NCBI GenBank assembly: GCA_019310975.1
Contig: JAFDDH010000066.1
Span: forward strand, 1 to 35,909
From: Deltaproteobacteria bacterium
GTDB taxonomy: Bacteria; Myxococcota_A; UBA9160; UBA4427
Direction: 5' to 3'
Length of the DNA stretch: 35,909 nucleotides
Shown: one piece after another, positions 1-8,512 of the stretch
Numbering within the stretch: the first letter of the stretch is position 1
How the letters are laid out: each line of letters opens with the position of its first letter
Notes under the pieces: model-generated
The model's input: the letters and a program-made list of their open reading frames with translations, nothing else
Databases searched by the model: none
What the model was told of the DNA's origin: nothing
Made by a program: the position numbers and the translations under genes

Positions 1-1069
1 GCGTGTATGTGCCGATCGGGCCGAGCTCGATCACGATGGCGTCGATGACCAGCTCGAAGTCGGGCAGCGTGGGGTGGCCGTTCCCGTCGCTATCGGAGTC
101 CGAATCACTGTCGCTATCCGAGTCGGTGTCGCTGTCGGTGTCAGAATCGTGGTCGCCACGGAATGGCGTGACCACGGGATTGCCGTCCAGGTCGACCAGG
201 CGGATGCGGCCGATCACAGTGGCTTCGTCCTCGACCTCGAGCTCGTCGAGTCCAATCTGGTCGCCATTCTCGTCGAAGATTCCGGTATCCGCGTCCGTAA
301 TGACCGTGAAGCATTTGTGCCGATCGCCGAGTCCTCCGTCCTCGCCGTCCTCGCCGTCCTCGTCCCGAAAGCTGAGTGGCGTGGCCATGAACACGGTCGT
401 GCACAGCTCGAAGGTCTCGTCCTCGAAGATTTCGACGACCACGCCGTGGATGCGCGCGAGCTTGGCCGGGGAGTCGGAGTGAAGGATGTTGACGAAGACC
501 ACGGGCGTGAAGAGGTACTTCCCGTTGCCCGTCCGCTTGAGCATCTTGTCCGCGTCCATGTCGATCTCGAGCATGAGCGCGTGGCCCGGGTGCACCGCGA
601 ACTTGCCGCGGGGCAGGAAGTCGATCTTGTGACCGCCCACCTTGACGTCGATCACGTCGTCGTCGCCCTCGTCGTCGGGGTCGTTGATGTTCACCAGCTT
701 GATGCCGCTGACGTGCAAGCGGATCTTGCTGTACGAGCGGGCCGGGACGTGGTCCGCGAAGACGAAGAGATCGGAGAACTTCTCGATCTGCTTCAGATCG
801 ATGGTCGCACCGCCCGAGAAGAGCGTGACCTGGGGGCCACCGCCGATCAGCACGATCCCCTCCACGGTGACCAGGATCTGATCGAATTCGTCGCTCGGAG
901 AGTCGGTGAAGAAGATGCCCACCGAGCCAGTGCCGGAGGGCGACCCTCCTCCCGGCGTGCCCGAGTCGCCGCTACAGGCTGCAACGAAGGCGGCGAGGAT
1001 CACCAGAGCGAGCGAACGAACGAGGTCGGCTGCGCGGTGGCGGAAGTCGGGGCGGAAAGCGGCGTACAT
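1..1069 (-). CDS. DUF4382-like lipoprotein carrying an Asp-Ser/Asp-Thr (SD-type) repeat. It is partial: the C-terminus lies beyond the window start.
   Basis: My own minus-strand translation from the ATG at 1069..1067 reads through to position 1 with no stop. An RBS of the form AAGGAAAT lies upstream. The N-terminus MYAAFRPDFRHRAADLVRSLALVILAAFVAAC is a lipoprotein signal peptide with a lipobox. The segment SVGIFFTDSPSDEFDQILVTVEGIVLIGGG...ATIDLKQI matches my recollection of the DUF4382 pattern. The protein contains the stretch DHDSDTDSDTDSDSDSDSDSDSDGNG. This gene is absent from the supplied ORF track, probably because it has no stop inside the window. Confidence 0.65.
   Translation of the reverse strand, partial: MYAAFRPDFRHRAADLVRSLALVILAAFVAACSGDSGTPGGGSPSGTGSVGIFFTDSPSDEFDQILVTVEGIVLIGGGPQVTLFSGGATIDLKQIEKFSDLFVFADHVPARSYSKIRLHVSGIKLVNINDPDDEGDDDVIDVKVGGHKIDFLPRGKFAVHPGHALMLEIDMDADKMLKRTGNGKYLFTPVVFVNILHSDSPAKLARIHGVVVEIFEDETFELCTTVFMATPLSFRDEDGEDGEDGGLGDRHKCFTVITDADTGIFDENGDQIGLDELEVEDEATVIGRIRLVDLDGNPVVTPFRGDHDSDTDSDTDSDSDSDSDSDSDGNGHPTLPDFELVIDAIVIELGPIGTYT
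55..150 (-). repeat. Coding low-complexity repeat (Asp-Ser/Asp-Thr dipeptide repeats) inside the DUF4382 lipoprotein gene
   Basis: The plus strand shows reiterated gtcgct/atcgga/gtcgga hexamers at about 60-150 nt. On the minus strand these translate to DSDTDSDTDSDSDSDSDSDSD. Confidence 0.6.
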
Positions 1070-1107
1070 GGGGAATTTCCTTCGAGGGCATTCTGACGCA
1101 ACCGAGG

Positions 1108-1128
1108 GCTTTGCTCTAGTAGCAAAGC
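1108..1128. promoter_or_regulatory. AT-rich palindromic operator-like site (GCTTTGCT-ctagt-AGCAAAGC) in the promoter/5' region of the DUF4382 lipoprotein gene
   Basis: Perfect 8-bp inverted-repeat arms with a 5-nt spacer. It sits 40-60 nt upstream of the ATG at 1069 (minus strand). The surrounding 100 bp is markedly less GC-rich than the rest of the window. Confidence 0.3.
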
Positions 1129-1197
1129 TTTCGAACACTGATTCGAGTTTCGAGACCAGCTGCGGCGGGCCGCTCGCGCCGATGACCGAGGTGTCCC

Positions 1198-2343
1198 TCA
1201 TTCGTCGACCCCCTCCGGCTGCGGCCGGCTGATCCATGCCCCCACGTCGTCCTCGAAGATTCGCCACTCCACGCTGTCGCGACGGCGGTTCGGCCCGAAG
1301 GAATAGACGTAGACGGCGCGTCGGGTCCAATCCGCCGAGCAGATGTGACGCACCCAATAGGGCGAGTTCCAGGGATCCAGAAAGAACTCGGCACGCTCCT
1401 CGGGCAGACCCCGGACGACGAGCGCTGCAAAGCGTCCCGATCGCAGATGATCCTGTTGGTACGTCTCAACGAAGGAGTACACCCTCTTGTGCAGACCGCA
1501 GTCCGTCTTCGTGCGTGCCGCGGCCACGTCACGTCGCAGTGCGGCGAGCTCGACGCGGGCGACTTCGACTTGCTCCGGCTCGCCCAGCCGCGCACTGCGC
1601 CAGGCCTCTGCGGTCGCAACGCCGAGTAGAATCGCCATGAGCCAGGTCAAGACGAGTCGCGATCCGGCACCTCGGATCGAATGCGGGCCGGCTGCGTTGC
1701 GCATTGCTGCGCGCAGATTCAATGCTGCGGCGAATAGCATGGAGATCCCGAGCATGAGCTCGGCCCACTCGCCCGTGTGCGTCCAGGGATAGATTTCGTA
1801 GAAGGCGGCGGTGGCTGCGAAGGCCGGGATCAGGACGAGCGGGGGCGCGACGATCCCGAGTCTGTTGGCCATCTCGCGGGGGCGATCCAGCCGGAGGGCG
1901 GCCGGAAGCAGGACGCCGTATCCGAGGATCACGCCCAGGAAGGCCAGTCTACGCAGGCTGTCGTCCACGACGTTGTGGACGTTCATTTCCTGCTGGAAGT
2001 TGTGCTCGAGCAGGTAGGCGGGCGGCCGATAGCCAAGCAGACGCTGCCCCCAGGAGATCTCCTCCATCGCCACGAAGGCGCAGAAGAGCGCCAGGCCGGG
2101 GAGGAAGAAGGGCAGGCGAGCTTGCTCGCGGTACGATCTCCAAGCAGCCGCGAGAAAGGCTCCGCTCGCCAGCACGAAGCTCCAGAACGTGGCCCACTCG
2201 AGATACTCGTCCTCCTGGACGCTGCGGTAATAGAGATCCGGGTGCAGTGCGAGCAGTAGACCCGCATACGCGAGTATCGCGAGGATCAGTCCATTGGCGG
2301 TGATCGTCGTCGTGAGATCGTGCGACGGTCGGCTCTCACTCAT
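1198..2343 (-). CDS. Polytopic inner-membrane protein of unknown function (about 7 hydrophobic helices plus a C-terminal soluble region)
   Basis: 381-aa ORF with several long hydrophobic segments, for example ANGLILAILAYAGLLLAL, FWSFVLASGAFLAAAW and LGIVAPPLVLIPAFAATAAF. The amino-acid composition is protein-like and I recognise no family. Confidence 0.55.
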   Translation of the reverse strand: MSESRPSHDLTTTITANGLILAILAYAGLLLALHPDLYYRSVQEDEYLEWATFWSFVLASGAFLAAAWRSYREQARLPFFLPGLALFCAFVAMEEISWGQRLLGYRPPAYLLEHNFQQEMNVHNVVDDSLRRLAFLGVILGYGVLLPAALRLDRPREMANRLGIVAPPLVLIPAFAATAAFYEIYPWTHTGEWAELMLGISMLFAAALNLRAAMRNAAGPHSIRGAGSRLVLTWLMAILLGVATAEAWRSARLGEPEQVEVARVELAALRRDVAAARTKTDCGLHKRVYSFVETYQQDHLRSGRFAALVVRGLPEERAEFFLDPWNSPYWVRHICSADWTRRAVYVYSFGPNRRRDSVEWRIFEDDVGAWISRPQPEGVDE

Positions 2344-2388
2344 CGAGCCGAAAGGTGTCGCATCGGCGGTCGAACGTCATTCGAGTGG

Positions 2389-3345
2389 CTAACTGCCGGA
2401 GCTGGGGACCGCCCCGCTGGGGCGTAGCGTCAAGCGGGGCGAATCGTCTTCCGACCAGTGCCCGAGGATGGCATCGAAGATCTCTTGGGTGGCGCCGAGC
2501 CCGCCGAGATGGCCTTCCTCGGCACGGACCCGCAGGACCGAGTTGGGGATTCGTTCAGCGAGGTGCTCGCCGTGCTCCAGCGGCACGATGGTGTCCGAGT
2601 CGCCGTAGAAGAGATGGATCGGGACGCGAATGTCGCGCAGAAAGAATCCCCAATCGCGCCCGAAGAGCGCGGCGTCCAGGAACATTGCCTGCATCTGCTT
2701 TCGGCTTCCCAGGATGATGTCGTCCTGGAACATCATCCGGATGCTCTTGTCCGCGAAGACCCGCTGGTCGCCCGGTGGCATGATGCTCGAGAAAAGATCG
2801 AGGACCTGCTCGGCGAGGGGTTCGAGGATCTTGATCGTTCCCCGCATCAGCGCGCCCAACGGGTGACGCGCGTGCCGGACGAGCGGCCCGAGCAGTGGCG
2901 CCATCGCCGTTCCGCCACCCGTCGCCGCGTCCTCTCCCACGGACGGTGCCACGCCGCCCAAAATGGCTGCGGCGACGACTCGCTCGGGCAGCTCGTGGGC
3001 GCAGGCCAGCGCGTAGGGACCGCCACCGGAGAGCGCCGCGATGCCGAAGCGATCAATGCCAAGCGCGTCCGCCAGGATCTCCATGTCATCCGCGAAGTCG
3101 CGCACGGTATCGTAGATGTGCGGCGTCGAGTCACCGATGCCCGGACGCTCAACACAGATGATCCGGACTCCGCGCTCGTGCGCCGAGGCGCGGGCGCTGG
3201 GCGCGATCTGCCGGCGCGCACCCGGAGTTCCGTGGAACCACATGAGCGGGCGCCCCGCCGCCGGTCCGTATTCCGCATAGCCGAGTCGGCGTCGGCCCCC
3301 GAGTCGGATCGTTCCTTCGAATCGCGGGGGAGGCAGTCGAGTCAA
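2389..3345 (-). CDS. alpha/beta-fold hydrolase
   Basis: 318-aa ORF. The motif LMWFHGTPGARR is an oxyanion-hole region, a nucleophile elbow is present in GIAALSGGGPYALACAH, and the overall length and spacing fit the alpha/beta hydrolase family. Confidence 0.75.
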   Translation of the reverse strand: MTRLPPPRFEGTIRLGGRRRLGYAEYGPAAGRPLMWFHGTPGARRQIAPSARASAHERGVRIICVERPGIGDSTPHIYDTVRDFADDMEILADALGIDRFGIAALSGGGPYALACAHELPERVVAAAILGGVAPSVGEDAATGGGTAMAPLLGPLVRHARHPLGALMRGTIKILEPLAEQVLDLFSSIMPPGDQRVFADKSIRMMFQDDIILGSRKQMQAMFLDAALFGRDWGFFLRDIRVPIHLFYGDSDTIVPLEHGEHLAERIPNSVLRVRAEEGHLGGLGATQEIFDAILGHWSEDDSPRLTLRPSGAVPSSGS

Positions 3346-3414
3346 GATCGAATCCCTGGTGTGAGGGGGGGGTGGCTGTGGGCAGAGGATACCACCCGCA
3401 GTGCCCGAATGGGA

Positions 3415-3666
3415 TCACTCGCCGTCCGCGGACTCGATCCACGACCAGGCATCGGCCTCGTCACGGAAGACCCGAATCCGGTCCGGACCGTCGTCGCGCA
3501 ATGACTGGTACATGCGCGCCATCCCATAGGCCGCGTCGCGATCGGCGATGATCGCCAGCTTTCCGCCGGCCATCTGGTCGTACGCCGATCGCCAGAAGCT
3601 CGCGAGGCTTCGCACTCCTTCGGCCGAGATGTCCGGCTCCGGCCCGATGCAGCGCAGATCCACCAA
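3415..3666 (-). CDS. SpoIIAA-like STAS_2 (DUF3478-like) domain fragment. It is probably 5'-truncated and may be a gene remnant.
   Basis: 83-aa ORF with a TTG start. The C-terminal GKLAIIADRDAAYGMARMYQSLRDDGPDRIRVFRDEADAWSWI resembles the C-terminal half of STAS_2/DUF3478 proteins as I recall them (ERIAVVGDKKWEEWLVKLARPF...IRYFDPDELDEARAWL). The roughly 40 N-terminal residues of that domain are missing. The ORF is in the same frame as the flotillin stop codon, and an in-frame TGA follows the flotillin stop at 3747..3745. Confidence 0.4.
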   Translation of the reverse strand: MVDLRCIGPEPDISAEGVRSLASFWRSAYDQMAGGKLAIIADRDAAYGMARMYQSLRDDGPDRIRVFRDEADAWSWIESADGE

Positions 3667-3759
3667 CTCGTGGTCGCTTGGCTGGGTGTGTATCGCTTGG
3701 ACACGAACGTCCCATGCAGCGAGTGCTGCACGGGACGTTCTGTCTCAGGACGATTCTCG

Positions 3760-5205
3760 CTAGCGCGAGACCGTCTTCTGGCTCGGTGCGATCTCCCGCT
3801 CGTAGGAGAGCCGCTTCGCGGCGTCGAGGGTCAGCAGCTGCATGAAGGTTCGCGCCTCGCTGTCGCTGCCCGTCGGTGCGCCCTGCACCGAGCCGCCACC
3901 ACCCGCGCCGAAGACGTTCGCCGGCACCCGTCGCTGCGCGAAGGCCTCCGCCCAGAGCGAGTGGATGCGAATCTCTGCATCCAGCTTCTGTGCCAATGCG
4001 TTGTCGGCCTTCAGGATGACGCGCTTCTGATAGGCCTCCGCTTCGGCCAAGGTGCGCCGGGTCTCCGCCTCGAAGTGCGCCTTCTCGAGCTTGATCTGAG
4101 CGGTCTCGCGCATGATCTTTGCTTCTTCGCGCAGCTTCTCGGCCTGCGTGATGGCGAGCTGCTTGTCGGTCTCCGCCTCGGTGGTCTTCTGGATCTGACT
4201 CACCTTGGCCGAGGCCTGGCGCTCGGCGACCTCACGCTCTCCCTTGGCGATCGCCAGCAGCCTCTGTTCCTCTTCCTGGATCTTCTGCTCGCGCGCGATC
4301 GCGCGGTCTGCGGAGGCCTTCTGCTTGAGCTGCATGCGCTCGACGAATTTTGTGTTGGGCCGCATGTCAGTCACGCGTCCCTCGATGACCTGGATCCCAT
4401 AGTCGGTGAACTTCTGCAGCTTGCGGACGGGCTGGCCATTCGGATCGAGTACTTTGCGCACGACCCAGATCGTCTTTTCGGCGTCACCGTACTGCTCCTG
4501 CTCCTGCTCGGCTCCGAGCGAGGCGTTGGCAGTTGCTTTGGCGCGGATGCTCTTCACTGCGACCTCCTCTCGGCGCACATTGTAGATGCCGTGGGTCAGC
4601 TGGTTCTCGAACTCGGAGTTGAATTCGGTGCGTCCGCCCGAGTAGTAGGTCTCGGCGCTCATCAAAGAGGCCGTTCCCTGCAAGGTCTCCTTGAAGGCCG
4701 GGATCAGCGCCGTGCGCAGCAGGTTCTCCGGCGTGCGGTAGGCATGGGCCATCTCGAGGAAGGACGCCTCATCGGTGGGAATCAAGAAGCGGGCGGTGGC
4801 CTCGGCGTCCGCGTCCACCTGGTCGAGGAACATGATATTCAGCGGAGGCAGGCTCGCGCTGCTGGTCCGCGAGTCGTGTTCGGCGTTCAGGCTGGTGCTC
4901 GTGGTCTCCGCTACGGCCTGGACGGTCATCGCGCGCTTCCACGCGTTGTAGCGGCCGAAGAGATGCGGGTTGTAGCCGACGTCGGCCACCACGTTCTCCT
5001 GCCCCGTGATGGTGCGGACGTGGTAGACGTAGCCTGGCTCGGCGTAGAAGAAGACCTGGTGGAAGAGGCCCAAGCCCAGGCCGAGTGCGGAAAGTGCCGC
5101 AGCGGCCCAGACGAGATGAGGGGGCGCGCCCTTGCGAAGACGAAGTGTATATGCGATCGCGGCCATGCCGCAGGCGATGGCCAAGAGGATTCCGATCATG
5201 ATCAT
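3760..5205 (-). CDS. SPFH/band-7 family flotillin-like protein (FloT/YqiK type)
   Basis: 481-aa ORF preceded by a strong RBS (GAAAGGAGAAC). It has an N-terminal membrane anchor (MIMIGILLAIACGMAAIAY), an SPFH-like core, and a long Glu/Ala/Lys/Arg-rich coiled-coil region (EAETRRTLAEAEAYQKRVILKADNALAQKLDAEI) typical of flotillins. Confidence 0.85.
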   Translation of the reverse strand: MIMIGILLAIACGMAAIAYTLRLRKGAPPHLVWAAAALSALGLGLGLFHQVFFYAEPGYVYHVRTITGQENVVADVGYNPHLFGRYNAWKRAMTVQAVAETTSTSLNAEHDSRTSSASLPPLNIMFLDQVDADAEATARFLIPTDEASFLEMAHAYRTPENLLRTALIPAFKETLQGTASLMSAETYYSGGRTEFNSEFENQLTHGIYNVRREEVAVKSIRAKATANASLGAEQEQEQYGDAEKTIWVVRKVLDPNGQPVRKLQKFTDYGIQVIEGRVTDMRPNTKFVERMQLKQKASADRAIAREQKIQEEEQRLLAIAKGEREVAERQASAKVSQIQKTTEAETDKQLAITQAEKLREEAKIMRETAQIKLEKAHFEAETRRTLAEAEAYQKRVILKADNALAQKLDAEIRIHSLWAEAFAQRRVPANVFGAGGGGSVQGAPTGSDSEARTFMQLLTLDAAKRLSYEREIAPSQKTVSR

Positions 5206-5302
5206 GGAGTTCTCCTTTCACTCATCTCACTCACGAGCGCACCGCTCCCGCGAGCAAGGGATTCGTCCGGTGCATCGAAGTATGAGCGCTGTGACTCGAC
5301 GC

Positions 5303-5782
5303 TCAGCGTTCGGGGTCGAAGAGCCCCTGTTCGCAGGCGCGAACGAAGGCCTCACCATGGCTCTGCAGCTCGCGCCACTGGCGACGGATGTCCGACGACT
5401 CGTTCTGGTCGATGCGGCTCTGGTTGCCGATCGACGTGCTGAGTACATTCAGGAGCTGCGAGAAGCGTCCCACCAGCTCCTGGGTGTGTCGCAGGAACTC
5501 GGCGTCCAGCTCCTCGGGCTCGGCGTCCGGGTTCTCGACGAAGTAGCCGCCCATCTGCCCGCAGAGCCACTCGACGGGACGTCGCGAGCGGGTGCTCTCG
5601 CAGACCTGGATGGTGCGGTCGAGTGGATTGCGGGCGCCGGTGGCGTCCATTTCGCCGCGCTCACCCGGCTGCGAGCACCATTTGTAGACGAGCGAGGACG
5701 AAACCCTGAGATCGAAGGCGACCTGCTTGGCTCCCACGACCTCGACCACCTCACGCAATACCTCGAAGGAATTCATCCGCAT
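5303..5782 (-). CDS. Small helix-turn-helix (Cro/YdaS-like) DNA-binding protein of unknown function. It lies upstream of flotillin on the same strand.
   Basis: 159-aa ORF. The segment GAKQVAFDLRVSSSLVYKW fits the HTH pattern G-x-x-x-hydrophobic-A...VS.S.VY.W seen in Cro/C1 and YdaS-type domains. The remainder is unassigned. Confidence 0.5.
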   Translation of the reverse strand: MRMNSFEVLREVVEVVGAKQVAFDLRVSSSLVYKWCSQPGERGEMDATGARNPLDRTIQVCESTRSRRPVEWLCGQMGGYFVENPDAEPEELDAEFLRHTQELVGRFSQLLNVLSTSIGNQSRIDQNESSDIRRQWRELQSHGEAFVRACEQGLFDPER

Positions 5783-5852
5783 CTCCCATCGCCCGCGCCC
5801 GATTGCGGGGTTGTTGTCAGGCAGGATCGGTCAGCCGAGCCAGCGGAGCCAT

Positions 5853-5881
5853 TGGAATTCGACCCATCCTGTGGAATCGAC
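5853..5881. promoter_or_regulatory. Imperfect direct repeat GGAATTCGACC / GGAATCGACC, spaced 8 bp apart, in the divergent HTH-gene/pepF promoter region
   Basis: Seen directly in the sequence at 5853-5863 and 5872-5881. Confidence 0.25.
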
Positions 5882-5965
5882 CTTCTCGCCCGTGGCCCTC
5901 TCGGGACGCGAGGTTGCCAGCGGGCTGCCGGCTAGACTGCTTCCAGGCGTCTGGGAGGACGCGAC

Positions 5966-7780
5966 ATGTCCGAGGTGAATGCGATCGGTCCCGACTGGGA
6001 CATGACGGCCTGGTTCCCGGAGTTTCGGGGCAAGGAGTACACCGCCTTTCGTGAGCACCTCGCTCGTGATGTCGCCTCGCTGCAGGAACGCGTGCATGAC
6101 CTGTCCGCCATCGATTCGTCCAGTGTCCGAGCCTGGGCGGCATTCCTCGTCGACCTGGAGGGCGTCGCCCAGCGCGCGGCCCACCTTGCCTCATACCTGG
6201 GCTGCGTCGGGGCGGCCGATGCGATCGACGAGGAGATCAAGCGAGAGACTGCCTCGGCGGCCGCCGCGCGCGTCGAGCTCGACAAGGTGTACGTGTCGCT
6301 GCGCGCTGCGCTGACGGATGTGGATGACGCCGATTTCGAACATCTGTGCGCGGAGCCGTCACAGCAGGCCGTCCGATTCTTTCTCACCCGTATTCGTGAG
6401 CGTGCGCGCTTCTCGATGGAGCCCGAACTGGAGGGGCTCTCGGCCGAGCTCGGCATCGACGGATTGTCGGCCTGGGGACGACTCTACGACCGCATCTCCG
6501 GCAGCCTCGAATTCGACTTCGAGCCGGAGGGCGAGCCCGCCAGGAAGCTCCCCGTCTCGATGACGAGGACTCTGCTCGAAGATCCGAATCCGGCCGTCCG
6601 GCGCGCGGCTCTGTCGGGGTCGAACGCCGCGTGGTCGTCCGTCGCCGAGCCCTTGGCCGCGAGCCTCAACGCCATCGCGGGCACGCGCCTGACGCTATAC
6701 CGCCGGCGAAGCGTCGCGCATTTCCTCGATCCGGCGCTCTTCGACGCGGCGATCTCGCAGCGCACACTCGCAGCACTCTTCGAGGCCGTGGAGGCGCGTG
6801 CCGAGCTTCCGCGGGCGTATCTGCGCCGCAAGGCGGGCCTGCTCGGACAGCAGCATCTGGGCTTCCAGGACCTGATGGCGCCGTTGCCACTCGAGGATCG
6901 CTCGCGGATTGCGTGGGCGGACGGCTGCGCGCGAGTTGTCGACGCTTTTGGCGCCGGCTATCCAGACCTGGCGCGCTTCGCCGAGATGGCCATCGAACGA
7001 CGCTGGATCGATCATTCGCCTCGAGCCGGAAAACGCCCGGGCGGATTCTGCTCCACGTCTGGGCTGTGCGGTGAGTCTCGAATCTTCATCACATACAATG
7101 GTGCAGCCGGGGACGTTTCGACGCTGGCGCACGAGCTCGGACACGCGTGGCATGGCTGGCTGATGCGCGATCTGCGCACGTGGGCTCGGCGATATCCGAT
7201 GACGCTGGCCGAGACCGCGTCGACGTTCGCCGAGAACCTGGTGATCGAGGCGACCCTCGAGGACCCGCGGACGAGCGCCGAAGAGCGCCTCTTTACGCTG
7301 GACGCGCGGCTGCAGGATGCGGCCGCTTATCTGCTCAATATCTGGATGCGCTTTCGCTTCGAGCGTGCGCTCTACGAGGAGCGGGCATCGGGTGAGCTCG
7401 GTGTCCAGCGCCTGAAAGAGCTGATGCAGCAGGCGCAGCAGGACTGCTACGGCGACGCACTCGACTCCGAGCAGCTCGATCCCTGGTTCTGGGCATCGAA
7501 GCTGCACTTCTACATCACGGGTCTGTCGTTCTACAACTTCCCCTACATGTTTGGATATCTCTTCGGCCTGGGGATCTTCGCGCGTGCGCGCGAGGAGGGG
7601 GCAGACTTCCTGCCGCGCTACGAGGCGCTGCTGCGCGATACCGGCCGCGACACCGCCGAGGGCGTCGCGCGACGACACCTGGGCGTGGACCTCGAGACGC
7701 CGGAGTTCTGGAACGCCTCGATCGATCTGATCGAGAGGGACTGGCAGCGCTTCACCGACGCCTGCGGGGACACGGCATGA
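5966..7780 (+). CDS. pepF: M3B family oligoendopeptidase F
   Basis: 604-aa ORF with the HEXXH zinc motif in LAHELGHAWHG. Its length and the downstream segments (TLAETASTFAE..., FYNFPYMFGYLFG) are typical of PepF/M3 peptidases. Confidence 0.9.
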   Translation: MSEVNAIGPDWDMTAWFPEFRGKEYTAFREHLARDVASLQERVHDLSAIDSSSVRAWAAFLVDLEGVAQRAAHLASYLGCVGAADAIDEEIKRETASAAAARVELDKVYVSLRAALTDVDDADFEHLCAEPSQQAVRFFLTRIRERARFSMEPELEGLSAELGIDGLSAWGRLYDRISGSLEFDFEPEGEPARKLPVSMTRTLLEDPNPAVRRAALSGSNAAWSSVAEPLAASLNAIAGTRLTLYRRRSVAHFLDPALFDAAISQRTLAALFEAVEARAELPRAYLRRKAGLLGQQHLGFQDLMAPLPLEDRSRIAWADGCARVVDAFGAGYPDLARFAEMAIERRWIDHSPRAGKRPGGFCSTSGLCGESRIFITYNGAAGDVSTLAHELGHAWHGWLMRDLRTWARRYPMTLAETASTFAENLVIEATLEDPRTSAEERLFTLDARLQDAAAYLLNIWMRFRFERALYEERASGELGVQRLKELMQQAQQDCYGDALDSEQLDPWFWASKLHFYITGLSFYNFPYMFGYLFGLGIFARAREEGADFLPRYEALLRDTGRDTAEGVARRHLGVDLETPEFWNASIDLIERDWQRFTDACGDTA

Positions 7781-7832
7781 TGTTCAGTCCGCTGCTACCC
7801 TGGACAATGGACCGGCGGAGGGCCTCGATGAT

Positions 7833-8435
7833 ATGGGCCGATTGATTTCGCTTGCAGCGGGGTTGCTGCTGATCCTCGGTCTGGGTGCGCGATCGGTCGC
7901 GGCAGACCCCAATCGTAGCCATGGAATCGGCGGGCCGGAAAACCCGGCGATGTCGGTCACCACGCTCTGGATGCACCGCTCGGATCTCGTCGTCCGCGCC
8001 CTCTCCGCCATGGACGAGGGCGACACCGAGGCGGTCATCGAGGCTGCGAAGCGCGCACTGCTCCTGCCCCTCCGGCCCATCGACCGATTGGCCGCGCTGA
8101 ACGCGCTCTGCGTTGGCTATGTGATGCGGGGCATGCCGGGTGTGGCGCTCGAGTATTGTGATCGCGTGGTGCGCGAGAGTCGTAGCGATTGGCGTGCGCT
8201 GAACAATCGGGCCAACGCGCAGATTCGGCTCGGGCATATCGAAGCAGCGATTCGCGACTACCAGCTGGCCGCTTTCAAGCTCGCCGGTATCGGTGAGACC
8301 AGCGTTCGCCACTATGGCAGCCCCGAGTCACGGGATGGCTACAGGACCGTGTCCCGCAATCTGGAACTTGCTCGGCGCAAGCTCTACGAGGAAATCGAGT
8401 ACGCGGCCGCTCGCTCGTTGATCTCGCTGCGCTAG
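7833..8435 (+). CDS. Secreted TPR-like repeat protein
   Basis: 200-aa ORF. The N-terminal signal peptide is MGRLISLAAGLLLILGLGARSVAA. It is followed by helical repeat segments with TPR-like spacing (ALNALCVGYVMRG..., NRANAQIRLGHIEAAIRDYQLA). Confidence 0.55.
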   Translation: MGRLISLAAGLLLILGLGARSVAADPNRSHGIGGPENPAMSVTTLWMHRSDLVVRALSAMDEGDTEAVIEAAKRALLLPLRPIDRLAALNALCVGYVMRGMPGVALEYCDRVVRESRSDWRALNNRANAQIRLGHIEAAIRDYQLAAFKLAGIGETSVRHYGSPESRDGYRTVSRNLELARRKLYEEIEYAAARSLISLR

Positions 8436-8512
8436 CCCGGATTATTCATGAAGGTCCGAGGCCCAGGCGTGTAGGGGCCGCCGAAGAGGACCCTGGGCCG
8501 CTTGCTCGGTCC

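Noticed and set aside
74-1096. 340-aa plus-strand ORF (and the 159-aa ORF at 3..482) at the window start
   Set aside because: The translations are low-complexity Val/Arg/Gly or Ser-rich strings. The opposite strand encodes a coherent lipoprotein with a signal peptide and a recognisable domain, so these are antisense-frame artefacts of a high-GC gene.
3670-5442. 590-aa plus-strand ORF antisense to the flotillin gene
   Set aside because: The product is Leu/Arg/Gly-rich with no domain features. The minus strand carries an unmistakable SPFH/flotillin with an RBS.
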